A DNA stretch of 63,970 nt, counting the filler, from Lenisia limosa (taxonomy: Eukaryota; Protista; Breviatea), in assembly GCA_001655205.1 (NCBI GenBank). It is 6 parts of 6 records of this genome, joined end to end, with 100 filler letters (N's around TTAATTAATTAA, not from the genome) between each part and the next. Parts side by side here need not be neighbours in the genome. Positions count along the whole stretch, not along the records: positions 1 to 21,994 come from LPNZ01008772.1; 5 more parts are not named here. One strand, given 5' to 3'. Both the position numbers and the translations under genes were made by a program. This document shows, in pieces, positions 1 through 12,656 of the stretch. How positions within the stretch are numbered: position 1 is the first letter of the stretch; each line of letters opens with the position of its first letter. Under the pieces are notes generated by a model. The model saw nothing but the letters and a program-made list of their open reading frames with translations. It made no database searches and was not told the DNA's origin.

Positions 1-74
1 ATACTCTGTTGTCTTAATTCTCATTTGTACAGGATATTATATCTTATGAGCGTACCGTAGCTTACCTCTTGCAG

Positions 75-3000
75 GTTGTTCAAGCAGATGTGAAGGAGTG
101 GGACGCTGAGGACCTGAGAGAAAGTATTCGCCATTTGTTCGTTACTGCGTCTTGGAACAACTCTGAAGAAAGTGACAGGGGTTATTATTTGATTCGTTAG
201 ATGTTTGAAATTGGTATGTCTCATCAGTATCATCTTTTATGCGCATTTGCCTCATTACATGAAGCAACATAATCATTTTTGACCATTTCCTCCAATGATC
301 CCTCAGACCTAATGGCCAATGAGGAGAATGTGGGCGACGTTGATATGGATTCTGACGAAGAGCTCGAGAAACTCAGGTTCGGATTTAACTGCTCTCATAC
401 CACTTTGTATTGGTCACCTTTTTTTGTTTTGTGAAAACCCTTGTTCTGACACTCGTGTAGGAAGGAAAAAGAGGACAAAAAAGCTGCTTTTGATAAGGAG
501 TATGATCTTGGTGAGGGAGGCGTTTAATTGCAACTGTATTGTGAGATCGTATTATTATACGACACATTGAACAAATTTCATCTTCTCAGGAGACGCCAAG
601 GATGCTTACGATGAACTTCGAATGGTTTGCTGGGAAATCAGGTGTCAGCCATAACAGGAGGCAGTGTGATGTTCTCCCTCTGACATTTTGCAGTCAGTGG
701 ACCGCCAGACAAAACTCAACAAAGAGGCTTTTGCTGAAGAGGACAAACAGACCCGTTCAGAGCTTCAGGGCTTCAGAGCTGGTAACTACGTCAAAATCGT
801 GGGCTGGGTTGAAGTTGTAAACAATAATAGTCTTTGGTTTTGATATTATTCGTTTTGTGACCTAGTTTTACACTGAGAGGAGTCATGTGCAAATCTTGCA
901 GCATGGTTTTGATTATATGTCCACACAGGTTTTTGTAACAATGTATAGGTTATCAGCGATATGCCTGCAAAGTTTGTGGAACGCTTCAACCCTGCCATGC
1001 CTATTGTCATCGGTGGTCTCAACAGAAACGAGGAGAAATTTGGCCTCGTGCAGGTGGAGGGGGGGGGGGCTTTCCTTTTCTTCGTTCTGTATTTTGATAT
1101 TCCCATTATTTCCTATTTTAAACAAATACTCAAGTCATGTCATCGATACATCGGCCGCAGCCTGGTTTATCTTTGTAAATTTCGCATTTCTACATCAATG
1201 ATCCAATCCACTTTTGACCATTTCAGCTTTCACTCAAGCGCCATCGTTGGCACAACAAAATCCTCAAGTCCAACGATCCCCTGATCATTTCCATGGTTGG
1301 NNNNNNNNNNNNNNNNNNNNNNNNNNNNNNNNNNNNNNNNNNNNNNNNNNNNNNNNNNNNNNNNNNNNNNNNNNNNNNNNNNNNNNNNNNNNNNNNNNNN
1401 NNNATACCATAACAAGTGTTCGTGTTTTGTTTGTTCCTTCCTTCTGTGTTGCGCTGTCAAAATAAGCTATTTATTCTTCAGGGTTGGCGCCGATTCCAGA
1501 CTATTCCGATCTTTTCGACACAGGATCCCAACGGGTTGGTCACGTGACCCCATTCCATGCTTCACTACCCTTTATATCTGTGACATCTTGGGAGTTCTGG
1601 AGATGTTCGCCTGTTTTTTTTTGAAGAAAATCTGTTTTGCAATACTATTTAAAGGAATACCGCCTCTGTTGGGTCCTAGCGCCCTTTGCTCCCTACATCC
1701 CCAACATGTCTCACATGTTCTAGACGACATCGCTTCCTCAAGTACACCCCCGAGCATATGAACTGCAATGCATCATTCTACGGCCCTGTTACTGCACCCA
1801 AAACCGGCGTCGTGGGGGGGGGGGTATTACTCTTATTGTNNNNNNNNNNNNNNNNNNNNNNNNNNNNNNNNNNNNNNNNNNNNNNNNNNNNNNNNNNNNN
1901 NGTATGATATATTTCAATGTTACTCACTCCAACCCTAGGTTGCTTTCTCAACCTTTGGCAAGGCGGAAAGACAGTTCCGAGTATCGGCTACTGGATGTGG
2001 GAGGGGCGATTCTGAATTGCATTCATGGGTTTAATTTCTCAATTTCTAGACGTTGTTGATATGGCTGCTGACTTCCGCCTGATGAAGAAACTCAAGCTTA
2101 TTGGCTACCCTGCTAAGGTGAACTGAACTGAACTGAACTGACTCCTCTCTTTATTTCGTCCTTATATCTTCTTTGTTGTTGTCTCCTTCCCACTTACCGC
2201 CCCCCCCCCAGATCTTCAAGAACACCTGCTTTGTGCGTGACATGTTTTCGTCTTCTCTCGAAGTTGCCAAAGTGAGGGCGGGTTAGTGAACTATAGCAGT
2301 CACATTATTTTGATGTTGAGAATTTTCATTTTTTGCTATCGTGTCAAATGATTGGACAAAAAATGACAAAAATGGTGTTGGCTCTTATTATTGTTAACAT
2401 TTTTAGTTTGAAGGAGCTTCGATCAAAACCGTATCAGGAATCAGAGGAACAATCAAAAAGGCTTCCGTATGGGGGGGTGCCTGGTGTTGCATACTCAATT
2501 AAACTGTGAATAGCTTTGATCACCTTTTGTTTCTCATCTTTTTTTTTTTTTTTACCCATGAGTGTCTTTTGTTTAGGAGCAATGTGTTAATATCCTGTTT
2601 TACTTTGCCCGCTCAGGGAGACGCTGGGCAGTTCCGAGCCACTTTCGAGGACAAGGTCATTGCCTCTGATATCATCATCCTCCGAGCCTGGACCAAGGTA
2701 CGTGAAAGTACCTTTGGGACCACATCGTTTGAGTTGTCCACTTTGATATGGGATGATGGCTGAAGCTATACGATGTCATGAAACAGTTTCTGTTGGCACG
2801 ACCCTCACACCACAGGTGGAGCCGACAGAGTTCTACAACCCCGTCACCAGCCTGTTGGACGAACACTGGACTGTCATGAGAACCACCGGACAGGTGGGGG
2901 GGCAAGTTGCAGATACCAATGAAGAGGGTCAAAGGATATTTCTTTTCAAAATACCTCAGATACCCCTTCTTCTCTTAGTAGTAGTTTAAATTGGGTCCTC

Positions 3001-3828
3001 TTACCCCCCAAAGTGTCACCTTTCAGATCCGACGTGAAGAGGGCATTTCCGCCAAAACCAACAAGGACTCCCAGTACAAGAAGGAAATTGAGCGTGCTCC
3101 AAGAAAGTAGGCTGCTTTGCATCACCTTTTCAAATTGAACTAATAGAGTATTTTTTATTTGATAATTTGGTCTCTTACATTCCCAAAAGCTCCCAACTAA
3201 ATCAAATAAAGTCTCGATTTTTGATAAGCATCGTCCTGCCCCCCTCACCCCACCACCCAGGTTCAACCCCCTGCACGTGCCCAAATCTCTCGAGGCCGCT
3301 TTGCCGTTCGAGTCAAAATCGAAGAACGTCAAAAAGCGCTCCAAGCCCACCTACGAGACAAGAAGGCACATTATGATGACGGACGCCGAGAGGAGAGACG
3401 ACAACCTCATGAGCATGGCCACCAACATGCGCAATGTCAAGGAGGCCAAGAGGACCGTGGGGGGGGGGGGTCTGCTGTAGTGTTTCTTCATCGTTTCTTT
3501 CATTTTTCATAGAAATAGCTGGAGTTTTTCATATTAAACATTGCAGGAAAAGACGAAACTCAACAACGAGAAGAAGAAGAGGGCTCGCGAACTCGAGGCG
3601 CGTCAATTTGCCGACAAANNNNNNNNNNNNNNNNNNNNNNNNNNNNNNNNNNNNNNNNNNNNNNNNNNNNNNGTTGTGCGTTACTCCTTCCCCTAGCAAG
3701 ACGTGTTTAATTTAATATTGATAACAGTCTGCCCTCTTACCGCTCAGAAACGACACCGTGAAGCCGGTCTTGAGAGTGCTAACAAGAAGAAGAGGGAGAA
3801 CAAGACTCGTAACGCAGGTTTTAGCTAG
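75..3828 (+). CDS. BMS1: Ribosome biogenesis GTPase BMS1, C-terminal part (5' truncated, about 19 exons)
   Basis: Spliced peptides [132 protein letters not shown] match the conserved BMS1 C-terminus. GT-AG introns keep the frame; TAG at 3826-3828. Confidence 0.97.
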
Positions 3829-4146
3829 GTTAAGGTTCTGATGATAGAGCTGATTTCATGATGGTTACAAGGGTATGATGCTGTGACAGTGCTTGCATAC
3901 TGATGCTTCTTTTGAAGAAACTTCGAAGTGAATAGAAACAAAGAGATTCTGCATGTGAATTATTTGAAGCGAGTAACTACCAACCACTGGGCATTGGCCT
4001 TTTTATTTGCATCAATGACACAAAATTGAAGCATTCATTGTCACCGCCAGTCAGTGACAGAGATGCTTAACTGACACAAAATTGAAGCATTCTTTGCGTT
4101 TAATTTAAAGGGCAAGGCTACAAAGCTTATATGAAGAGTTAGATCC

Positions 4147-7100
4147 TCAGAGTAATGTACCTTTCGGGAGGACTACAAGACAACAGATTTCAAGCTGGTT
4201 TGTAAATAACCATTTACTGTCCCAATAAATCGCGGTCCTTTTATATGAAAATATTGATATTACAAATATCATGTTAAATAGGTTACCATAGTGAAATCAA
4301 AAAATTAGTGGGGTGATATTGGAGCAATTCAGGCCGTTTTCCTTGAGGGTAGATCGCTGAACGGTCTTAACCTGCACCACCAGTGCTTTCCTTGCAAAAA
4401 CAGTTTTACCTGTGGGTTGGTGAGAAAACTTGGCTCTTGGAATACTTAGCAATAATTAAAGAATGAGTAATAACTACATATCATATCAAAACACTTCCGT
4501 ACTAATTCATTATCTGAAAAAGAGCAATAAATTTCAAATGCGATGATTCATCGCATTGTTTTCTTGGTAACATGAACTGCGATGCCCCCCCCCCCNNNNN
4601 NNNNNNNNNNNNNNNNNNNNNNNNNNNNNNNNNNNNNNNNNNNNNNNNNNNNNNNNNNNNNNNNNNAGCTCCCGGCCAACGGCAAGAAGTAAGGCATCTT
4701 TCTGGCCCTGGGAGAAGGATAGCGCCTGGGTAGTCAATAAAACTGCGAAGTAGAGTCCATTGGCAGTCCAGCCCTCTTCAAACCCAACCTTTTAAAAGGT
4801 AACATTGCAGTCATTTTAAAAAAAAAACAATCTTTGATTGGATGGGGGGAGAAGACATTAAGTTCTCTGATAAAACATGTACTATTATGCTATATTTTTA
4901 TCAAGATACATTATTGCTTAGCAAAACCCCACGCACATGGATATCTCTAAGTAGTTCGGCAGGAAGTCCGTGTGAGCGTGCAAGCTGTCGCTTGCGCCGT
5001 GACACTGCAGTCTAATGCGTCAAGTGATGAAAGATGGTATGCTATTAATATACCATTAGATTCATATTGTTACATTACTAAATACACAGCCACTATCTCT
5101 CGAACATAGACATTTAGAAGAGATAGTCACTGCACGGTGCCCAAAGACAATTCAAACCCAGTCCTTGTTGTTGTCCCCGCAAACATCAAAAACCTCCCTT
5201 GTCGCGTCTTTGTCCAGACTTTCCAAAGCGGCCTTCACGATGTTCAGTGTGACGTTGGAGGTAATTTCCATGGATAGCTGCAAGCGGTGAGATGGTTCCG
5301 AAGGAGATTAGGGCTTTTTTTGACAGAATTAGTCATGGATAGTTAAATAAGCTGTTTTTTTTATGAAGAAATCATGAAGAAAGGGTTAGAAGAAAAGGGT
5401 GGCTGGAGTCCTGGTGTTGGTGGGAGATTGGGAGGGGTGGTCAGGGGTATGGGCGTGAAGTCTTGGAGGGGCAATCGTGTTTGTATGATGTGCTTCCTTG
5501 CCCGCAAGCAGCAAACCGGATCAGAAGCATTCAGGGAAGGAGTCAGTGTATACATCGATGTCATAACGTAGTAGCCATCTGTGAAGTAAGGAGACAAGAA
5601 ATCGGGACTGTTGCATTCACATTTCCCTGTACCCCCCACCCTCAAAGGAATTTGGTCTCGAGACGGACACTTCGTAGTTTACAGGTGAAATGACCGATTC
5701 TGACTCGAAAAACTCCAGAATGCTGGTCCGCACCACCTCTTCAAACAGACCATCACCAAGCATTCGGCTCTCCAAATACTGAAGGGTAACATGAGGCAAT
5801 ATTCTTGTTAAAGCATGTGGGCAGCTTAAACGAACCAATGGGGATTTCGCTGTTAGAGCAGGCAGTATGAGGGCTGTCGAGATTTCGCCAATGTTCGGTC
5901 CGCCAGCCGAGCACTGAACAAGGAACTGTCCATTTGGGAACTTCCATTCTGCACAGGGTGAGAAGGAGTGCTGTCATATTGATGGTACATCATGGAAAGA
6001 AAAGTACAATTGTTAGTAGTTTTATCTGTAATAATACATATCACATAATACTGTTTGTTTCCTGTACTGTTGTTTCAAGCCTATCAAAATGGTCTTGTTG
6101 ACTTAGAAAAGTTCGTTAAAGGCTCACGGTAATCAGCCCTTTGACTGTTCTCAGTCGCATCTTCCCCGTTGGTTGCCGAGGTGTACCTCTGGTTTCCGTT
6201 TTGAAGGGAAGCGAGAAGGTTGGTAATACTTTCTGAGTTGTCGTCATTCACATCACCTAATGAATGAGAGCCTTTTCAAAAAAAAATCAGAAGCATAGTG
6301 AATAAGATAATTCCACAGCACGATCCCCCCACCAGCAATAAGTACCTCCAAGTTGCTTGGGGCAAAAGCGGTCTTAACTGCGTCTGTGATCTTTCGGGCC
6401 TCCAGATTCTTGAAGCCCAGGTCGGGGATGTAGCCTGTGGCAAAGTCGTTCAGCCTTGCGTTGGCGCCACTTTGGCTGGGAGGCGGCGGCCACGTGACAA
6501 GGTCAGATGGCTTGCCCGGCGTAGGAAGGAGGGCTGGGAGGACAATAGATTCAAGAATAGACCTGTGGGGTTAGGCTGGTCATCCGTTATGGTTTGTTCT
6601 CCCATTTAGGGTTTAATACAGAATGACCCTCATCTAACAATTAAAAACCCTTCGTACTTCCCCGTCTTTCCCCCCAAGATTGACATCATCGTTTCCTTCG
6701 TATCCCTTTGTAGTTTTCTCAATAATGTATTTAACATATCATATGATATTTCCTGTCTGCCTACCTCGCATCGCCAGTGGCTGTGGCGGTTAAGGCCTTT
6801 TGCTCGACCTCGAGGGCAGCGTTGGCGATGTTTCGGAAGATAAACTGTGGCCTGTTCGAGTGAGAGCGGCTAGAATAATGCATAGAGGGGGAGAGGTTAT
6901 GAATCAATTCAATCAATTGATATCAGAATAATAGATTACAGGCTCACTGGAGCGCCATCATGGCAATTTCGATGCTACGTTGGCGGGCAGACAAGGAGAA
7001 ACACTACACCAGTTANNNNNNNNNNNNNNNNNNNNNNNNNNNNNNNNNNNNNNNNNNNNNNNNNNNNNNNNNNNNNNNNNNNNNNNNNNNNNNNNNNNNN

Positions 7101-10100
7101 NNNNNNNNNNNNNNNNNNNNNNNNNNNNNNNNNNCAGCAGAATGATATAAATAAGCCGACCTTGCCGATTGATTTGGAGCACGGCTTCTCGATCACGGCA
7201 GACAAAGTCAGAAAGCCTTGGTCACACTCCATCTTAGGGATGCTCAAGAGGTTATACTGCGAGGAGTATCTTTGTAGAATTGAGGTCTCGTGATGGATGG
7301 TGCTGGCTGGGGAGGGGGGGGGTGTGAATTAGGGATGTATGACATTATTTCTTGAGAGTGCTGTTGTCTGACAGTAATGATTTGACCCAAATTTCCTGGA
7401 CAACTTTGTATCAACACACCATGCAAATAGGTCCACCTCTTGGTTTACGAAGATGTCTAATTTCAGTCTAACAATACTATGACAAATTTTAAGGATGTAT
7501 CAAAAGAACCAGTCTTTTCAGAGAAAACATGAGCCTGAAACATTACCAAAGCTCAGAGAAAGAAGTCGGTAGTCTCACTCACAAGGAAGATGCGAAAGGG
7601 GGATAGAGCTCTTTGAAGGGGGGTAATCAAAAGCAAATGACACGGCTGAACGACTATCGAAGTGACTGCATAACGCCTGGGTTGTTACTCTGAAGTCTTC
7701 AGAAAGATTCAGTCTTGGATACATAATAGAATAGGTGCTAAAGTATACTATGCTAGATTAATGGAAAACGCAATACAAAGGAACACAAAGCATGCAGCGA
7801 GAAAAAGACAACAAATACCACCATCACTCCACAAGTTCACTCTAGCTCCAACCCACGCCAAGCTCTGTTGTGAGGGGAAGTCTCGATGAGATTTGGATAT
7901 GGAGCTCGTAAGGTCGCCAGTTGTTCTGAAATGTCATGTTTGTTCTTTTCTGTCACTTTATCTTGATATGATATAATGTTGTGTTTCGTAACCAAATCTC
8001 AACTACAATGATGCTTCCCCCTCCCCATCTCCAATAAGCACGCCACCCACCTCGATCAGGTATTGGTCGTCCATCCAGTAGGACAGTAAACCGTTTGAGA
8101 ACGACTTTATATCGACACCTGGCCGTCAGAATAGGTAATAAAATCTCAATAAGGCACAATCAAATCTGAATAAGGATAAAAACCCTCAGAATAATTTCGT
8201 TAAAATTGGAATAAGGCTCAATAAACACAGGAACACTCACAATTAAGAAGAGTTTACATCAGGTCAAGCCCGATATGATTGCCACATAAATAGAACAAGC
8301 ACCATCCCCCTCCACCAAGCTTCAAGGAGGAGTCAGTAGAGACGTCAACAGCGGGAGAGGGAAGCGCCTCTAATACCGCCGCAGAATCGATGAGGTAGAA
8401 CGAAGGGTCCAACTCCTCCTCTGAGGACTGGAGGGGGGGGGGGATTAATGATACTGAATGTCCTTGTCATTCGAAAAGCGGACAGGATCGTCCTATGCCA
8501 GATGACCAACCAAAGCGGTGAGGGAGGCAATTGTCTGCGAGAAGAAGCTACTTGCTTCTTCCAGGTTTTGGTCATCAACGTAGTTCACAACTGTGGTGTT
8601 AAACACTTTCAGATAATCCTGCAATTGTCCAAAGAATGAAAATACTGCGCATCTTTCTCGAAAATAAGACCTTTTCTTGAGCAATAAAAATGGCTACAGT
8701 TGAGGCATTTTAGGATATCGAATCATATTCTCTCTCAACCCCCCCCCCCCCCNNNNNNNNNNNNNNNNNNNNNNNNNNNNNNNNNNNNNNNNNNNNNNNN
8801 NNNNNNNNNNNNNNNNNNNNNNNNNNNNNNNNNNNNNNNNNNNNNNNNNNNNGTCATCAGACTGAAACGAACTATGGCCTGGTAAGGGTCTGATGAAGGA
8901 AAGTGATGCTCTTGGCCGAACCAGCTCGGAATAGGGAAACTCCTGTGCTGATTAGAATCGGACGTTGTGTTTTGAGGTTGTTTTCAATAGTCAGAAATTA
9001 GCTGAATCGAATAAATACACAGCTCACCGTGAACTCTTCCTGGCGCACAACCTCCAAAATGGCTTTCCAAAGAAACTGGGCTTCAGTTTGGATGTAGTGT
9101 AGGGCCATGTTTACGAAGCCAAGACTCAGAAACTGGCTCTCGCTGATGAACTGACCCGTATAGCCCTGGGGGGGGGTGATATTGTGGGATAGGGAAGATA
9201 TCTTGGATAAAAATTGCCTGTTTCTCATTAAAATTGGGTGTTGTGGTGCTGTACACTTAAGCAATCAGGATCATAAGTTATGGTTGTAGTAGACTATACA
9301 TAAATAATATTGCCCCGGCAAACTTGCCAAACATGCTCTGGATCAAAATCCCCGAGTAACTGAGACATTATTGTCTCGTGGTTTTGGAATCTGGATTGTT
9401 ACAGGAGGTGACACGTTTGTGAAATCTAGAGAAAACCTGGAGTTAAAGTGAGAGATTTTGTTGCTTATGAATTGTTGGAACCATCCCCGCCCGACTCTTT
9501 GTAGTCTACGTCTTGGTTGATTCTATGTTCAATTGTGTCAAAAGCTTTCATCTGGAATTGATGAGAAGGAAGTATAAAATAAACACTCCTATGAAATTGG
9601 CCGTCTGAGTTTCTTAACTCTTACAGTGAATAATATAGTGATGATAGATAAGCTTCAATAAATGTCCTTTATAATCAGGTGACCCCCGACAGTTTCTGTT
9701 ACAGAAAGTTTCTCAGTGGCAAGTCGTTTGAGCACAGTGAGAACTATCTAAAGAGGTCAGAAACTCTTTGGGAAGATGGAATTCTCTCATCAATCACAAC
9801 AATATTCAAATCCCCCCACCCCCCGCGCCATATACCTTGACGTCAATCTCCCAGGACGCGGAAGCCTCAGCTTCAGGAACCCGGATGAGCAAGGAGTGAA
9901 ATAGAGAATTCAGCGTAAAGGAGTTGAAAAGCCCAATTTCGGAGAATCTTTCTTTGTCATTCTTCAATACGTCTCCAGGATAGATGTCTGCCGCATGAGA
10001 TTAACAAGAAAGAACGTTCCCGGTTTCGTGGTGTATAAACTATATGAAAGTCAACTCTCATTCCAAACAAAAGTCAACTCTCATCCCAAAAAAAAGTCAA

Positions 10101-12477
10101 CTCTCATCCCAAGCAAAAGTTAACAATCATATGGAAGAACAATCAACAATCCTCATAAATAAAAGTTAACACGANNNNNNNNNNNNNNNNNNNNNNNNNN
10201 NNNNNNNNNNNNNNNNNNNNNNNNNNNNNNNNNNNNNNNNNNNNNNNNNNNNNNNNNNNNNNNNNNNNNNNNNNNNNNNNNNNNNNNNNNNNNNNNNNNN
10301 NNNNNNNNNNNTAAAATAAGAAAGAATCTATACTTTAATAAGAGAGGGTGCCCAAATGAACACTGAATTCCTCACCTGGAGTATATGGTCCAAAGTTCTC
10401 ATGCGGAACCAATTGTCAGTGAAGGGGTGTCCGGCATACGTCTGTGTCACAAGCAGTACGACGTAAAGGCCTGACAGTCCATCAACCTAAGTGTCAGCCA
10501 AAGTTAAACGATATCATGACGTTGTGCGTACCTCGTGGATTTGAACGGCTTCCTCAGGTTCCGGGTACTCTAAAGGTGTGACGAAGGTTGGTGGTGGTAC
10601 AACGAAAAACTACCGATATCCCGTACTTTTACCGCTTCATTTCATTACCAAAAAGAACCAACCGAAAGAAGGGTGACTTGCAATGCTCTTCTTAAGCTTC
10701 TCGTCGCCGAATATGTCGTGTACGTATTGAGATACTGCAATAACGTCAAAATCGCCAACAACATGCAGCGTCGTGCCACTCGGTACTATCCACGTGTCCC
10801 TAAACGCCATGGCTTGCTTCACTGGAAATGTGAGTGATGTGCAACACAGAGAAAGCAGAGCATATTGGAATAGAAGTGCTTCAGTTACGATATTTTTAGT
10901 TATCTTACATTGTAAGATATGATAATATAACATCAGGATCTAACCTCAAAAATCAGCCTATTGGTAGGCCAAACTTACCGCTATATCGCTTCAGACCCTC
11001 GCATCCCCGGAAGTGATGCTTGACAGCCCAGCTACCAACTCCATTGTGGTCACTAAAAGTTACAGTCAGTCAAGTGTTTCAAACACGTTTAGGGCATTTC
11101 TACAGTGAAACCATCGTTACAACTCAACTATTATTCCCAAAAATCAAAAGAAACCAGTCGAAAGTTTCTCCCACCGGAGAGCAGTGGTGTAGGGCGTCCA
11201 AGGACCACTGATGGTATTGCGACATGCTCCTACAATGGTCAAACTATTGGTACAGTGCAAATACGAAGTAACCCTTCCAAAGAAAAAGTATACCCGATAA
11301 AATTATCATATCTCACCAGAGTACATTTCTTTTTCATTTCGATGTTTAAAAAATACATCCTTTCAAAAAACCCTCAACCCGGAGCCAGTCTAAACCTTCA
11401 AACCCGGAGCCAGTCTAAACGCTTGTGCCATGCCATACTCAGTAATTTTGCCCACAAACAACTAAATGGTGAATACTAACTCACTATACTCATGAAAAAA
11501 GAAAAAGAGCCAAGAGTGGGATAAGCGCAACAAACCTTTTCATTTACGTATTGGAAAATGGTGGGGAGGTCTTTGGGTTGGGTCCCATTGAACATCAAGA
11601 TCATAGATCGCGTATTGGCTTCGGCTGAGTAGTCCGCACAAATCGAACGTACAAAACGATCATGCTCCACTATGTTGTCTTTTCCGATGAGCAGGGCCGA
11701 TAACGTCATATCAGCTAGGCTGAAAAGAGGGAAAAGTGACTCAAAAAGTTTCAATATTGAAGGGTTTTTCATAATGGAAGAAGTGGTTTATCAGTAAATA
11801 GTACTTTGGGCGCGAATGATGTTTATTCTTTTATTAAAAATAAGCAAAATTTTTAATTGATTTTTATTATTATTATTATTATTATTATGAATTATTTAGG
11901 AGGCAGATAAAATTTGAGTAAAAATTGCAACGGGGATATTTTTTTTTTAAAAAATATTTTGAATCAAATAATAAAAATCAATCTCGTCCTTAGTACGAGA
12001 GTCTATACCTTCACTCACCCTTGATCAAGTCCTTCATCAAGCAGTCCAGCCTCAAGAACAACCGCAACATTGACCAATGTTTGAGGGTAGGAGTTTTGCG
12101 TGAGTTTCGCTCTGAAGAGGTATTTAGAATGTCGCTATGCAAATCATAACAGAACAAAGAACAAAGACAACAATCAAAGGAGACATTACCTGAGTCCGGA
12201 TGGTGACGTCACAATGGTGGTCTTCTTGTCACTGGTTTCCTTTCGAAGATAGTTTGCCTTGGATATTGAGACACAATATTGAAAAGTTATGAAATTATAA
12301 AAACAAAACATCTGCTATCTCATTCGTACTTCATCAATCTTGGCCAATATACAATGTTTTTATCCATTAACTATCCTGATGATTGTAGTTATTTCAGGGC
12401 AGATACTATTCACCAACTTGAAAGACCGACGAAGAAGCAAAAACGTAGAGGAAAATTAGGTACAATGACCCAATCAT
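4147..12477 (-). CDS. M16 (PqqL/stromal-processing-peptidase-like) metallopeptidase homologue with signal peptide; HxxEH motif lost
   Basis: Spliced N-terminus MIGSLYLIFLYVFASSSVFQANYLRKETSDKKTTIVTSPSGLRAKLTQNSYPQTLVNVAVVLEAGLLDEGLDQGLADMTLSALL; M16_C-like FRDTWIVPSGTTLHVVGDFDVIAVSQYVHDIFG (10700-10830); second-half VDIKSFSNGLLSYW (about 8050-8125); LQYLESRMLGDGLFEEVVR (about 5730-5790); last exon LEICCLVVLPKGTLL*. Several internal exons unresolved or in gaps. Confidence 0.8.
10047..10130. repeat. Intronic minisatellite, about 24-bp unit x3.5
   Basis: AAAGTCAACTCTCAT(T/C)CCAAA repeated. Confidence 0.85.
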
Positions 12478-12656
12478 GAGGATAAAGAACAGCAGCACAC
12501 CTGGGGGATTCAATTATATGTTTATAATAGATGTTTTGGTGAGAAGATAACTGTTCAGGAAAACACAATTTTCCAACATAGTACATATAAGAAAAAATCA
12601 CTTATCCCAGCCACAGTGAATGTAATAAACCAACTATCACCCAGGTGACAGATGAC

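Noticed and set aside
4010-4075. SECIS element in the 3' UTR
   Set aside because: ATGA/AA/GA spacing is possible, but helix II does not pair and neither flanking gene shows an in-frame TGA.
4700-5010. CorA/Mrs2 magnesium transporter (HGLPAELLRDIH)
   Set aside because: These exons continue the M16-like gene, and there is no GMN motif or terminal TM pair.
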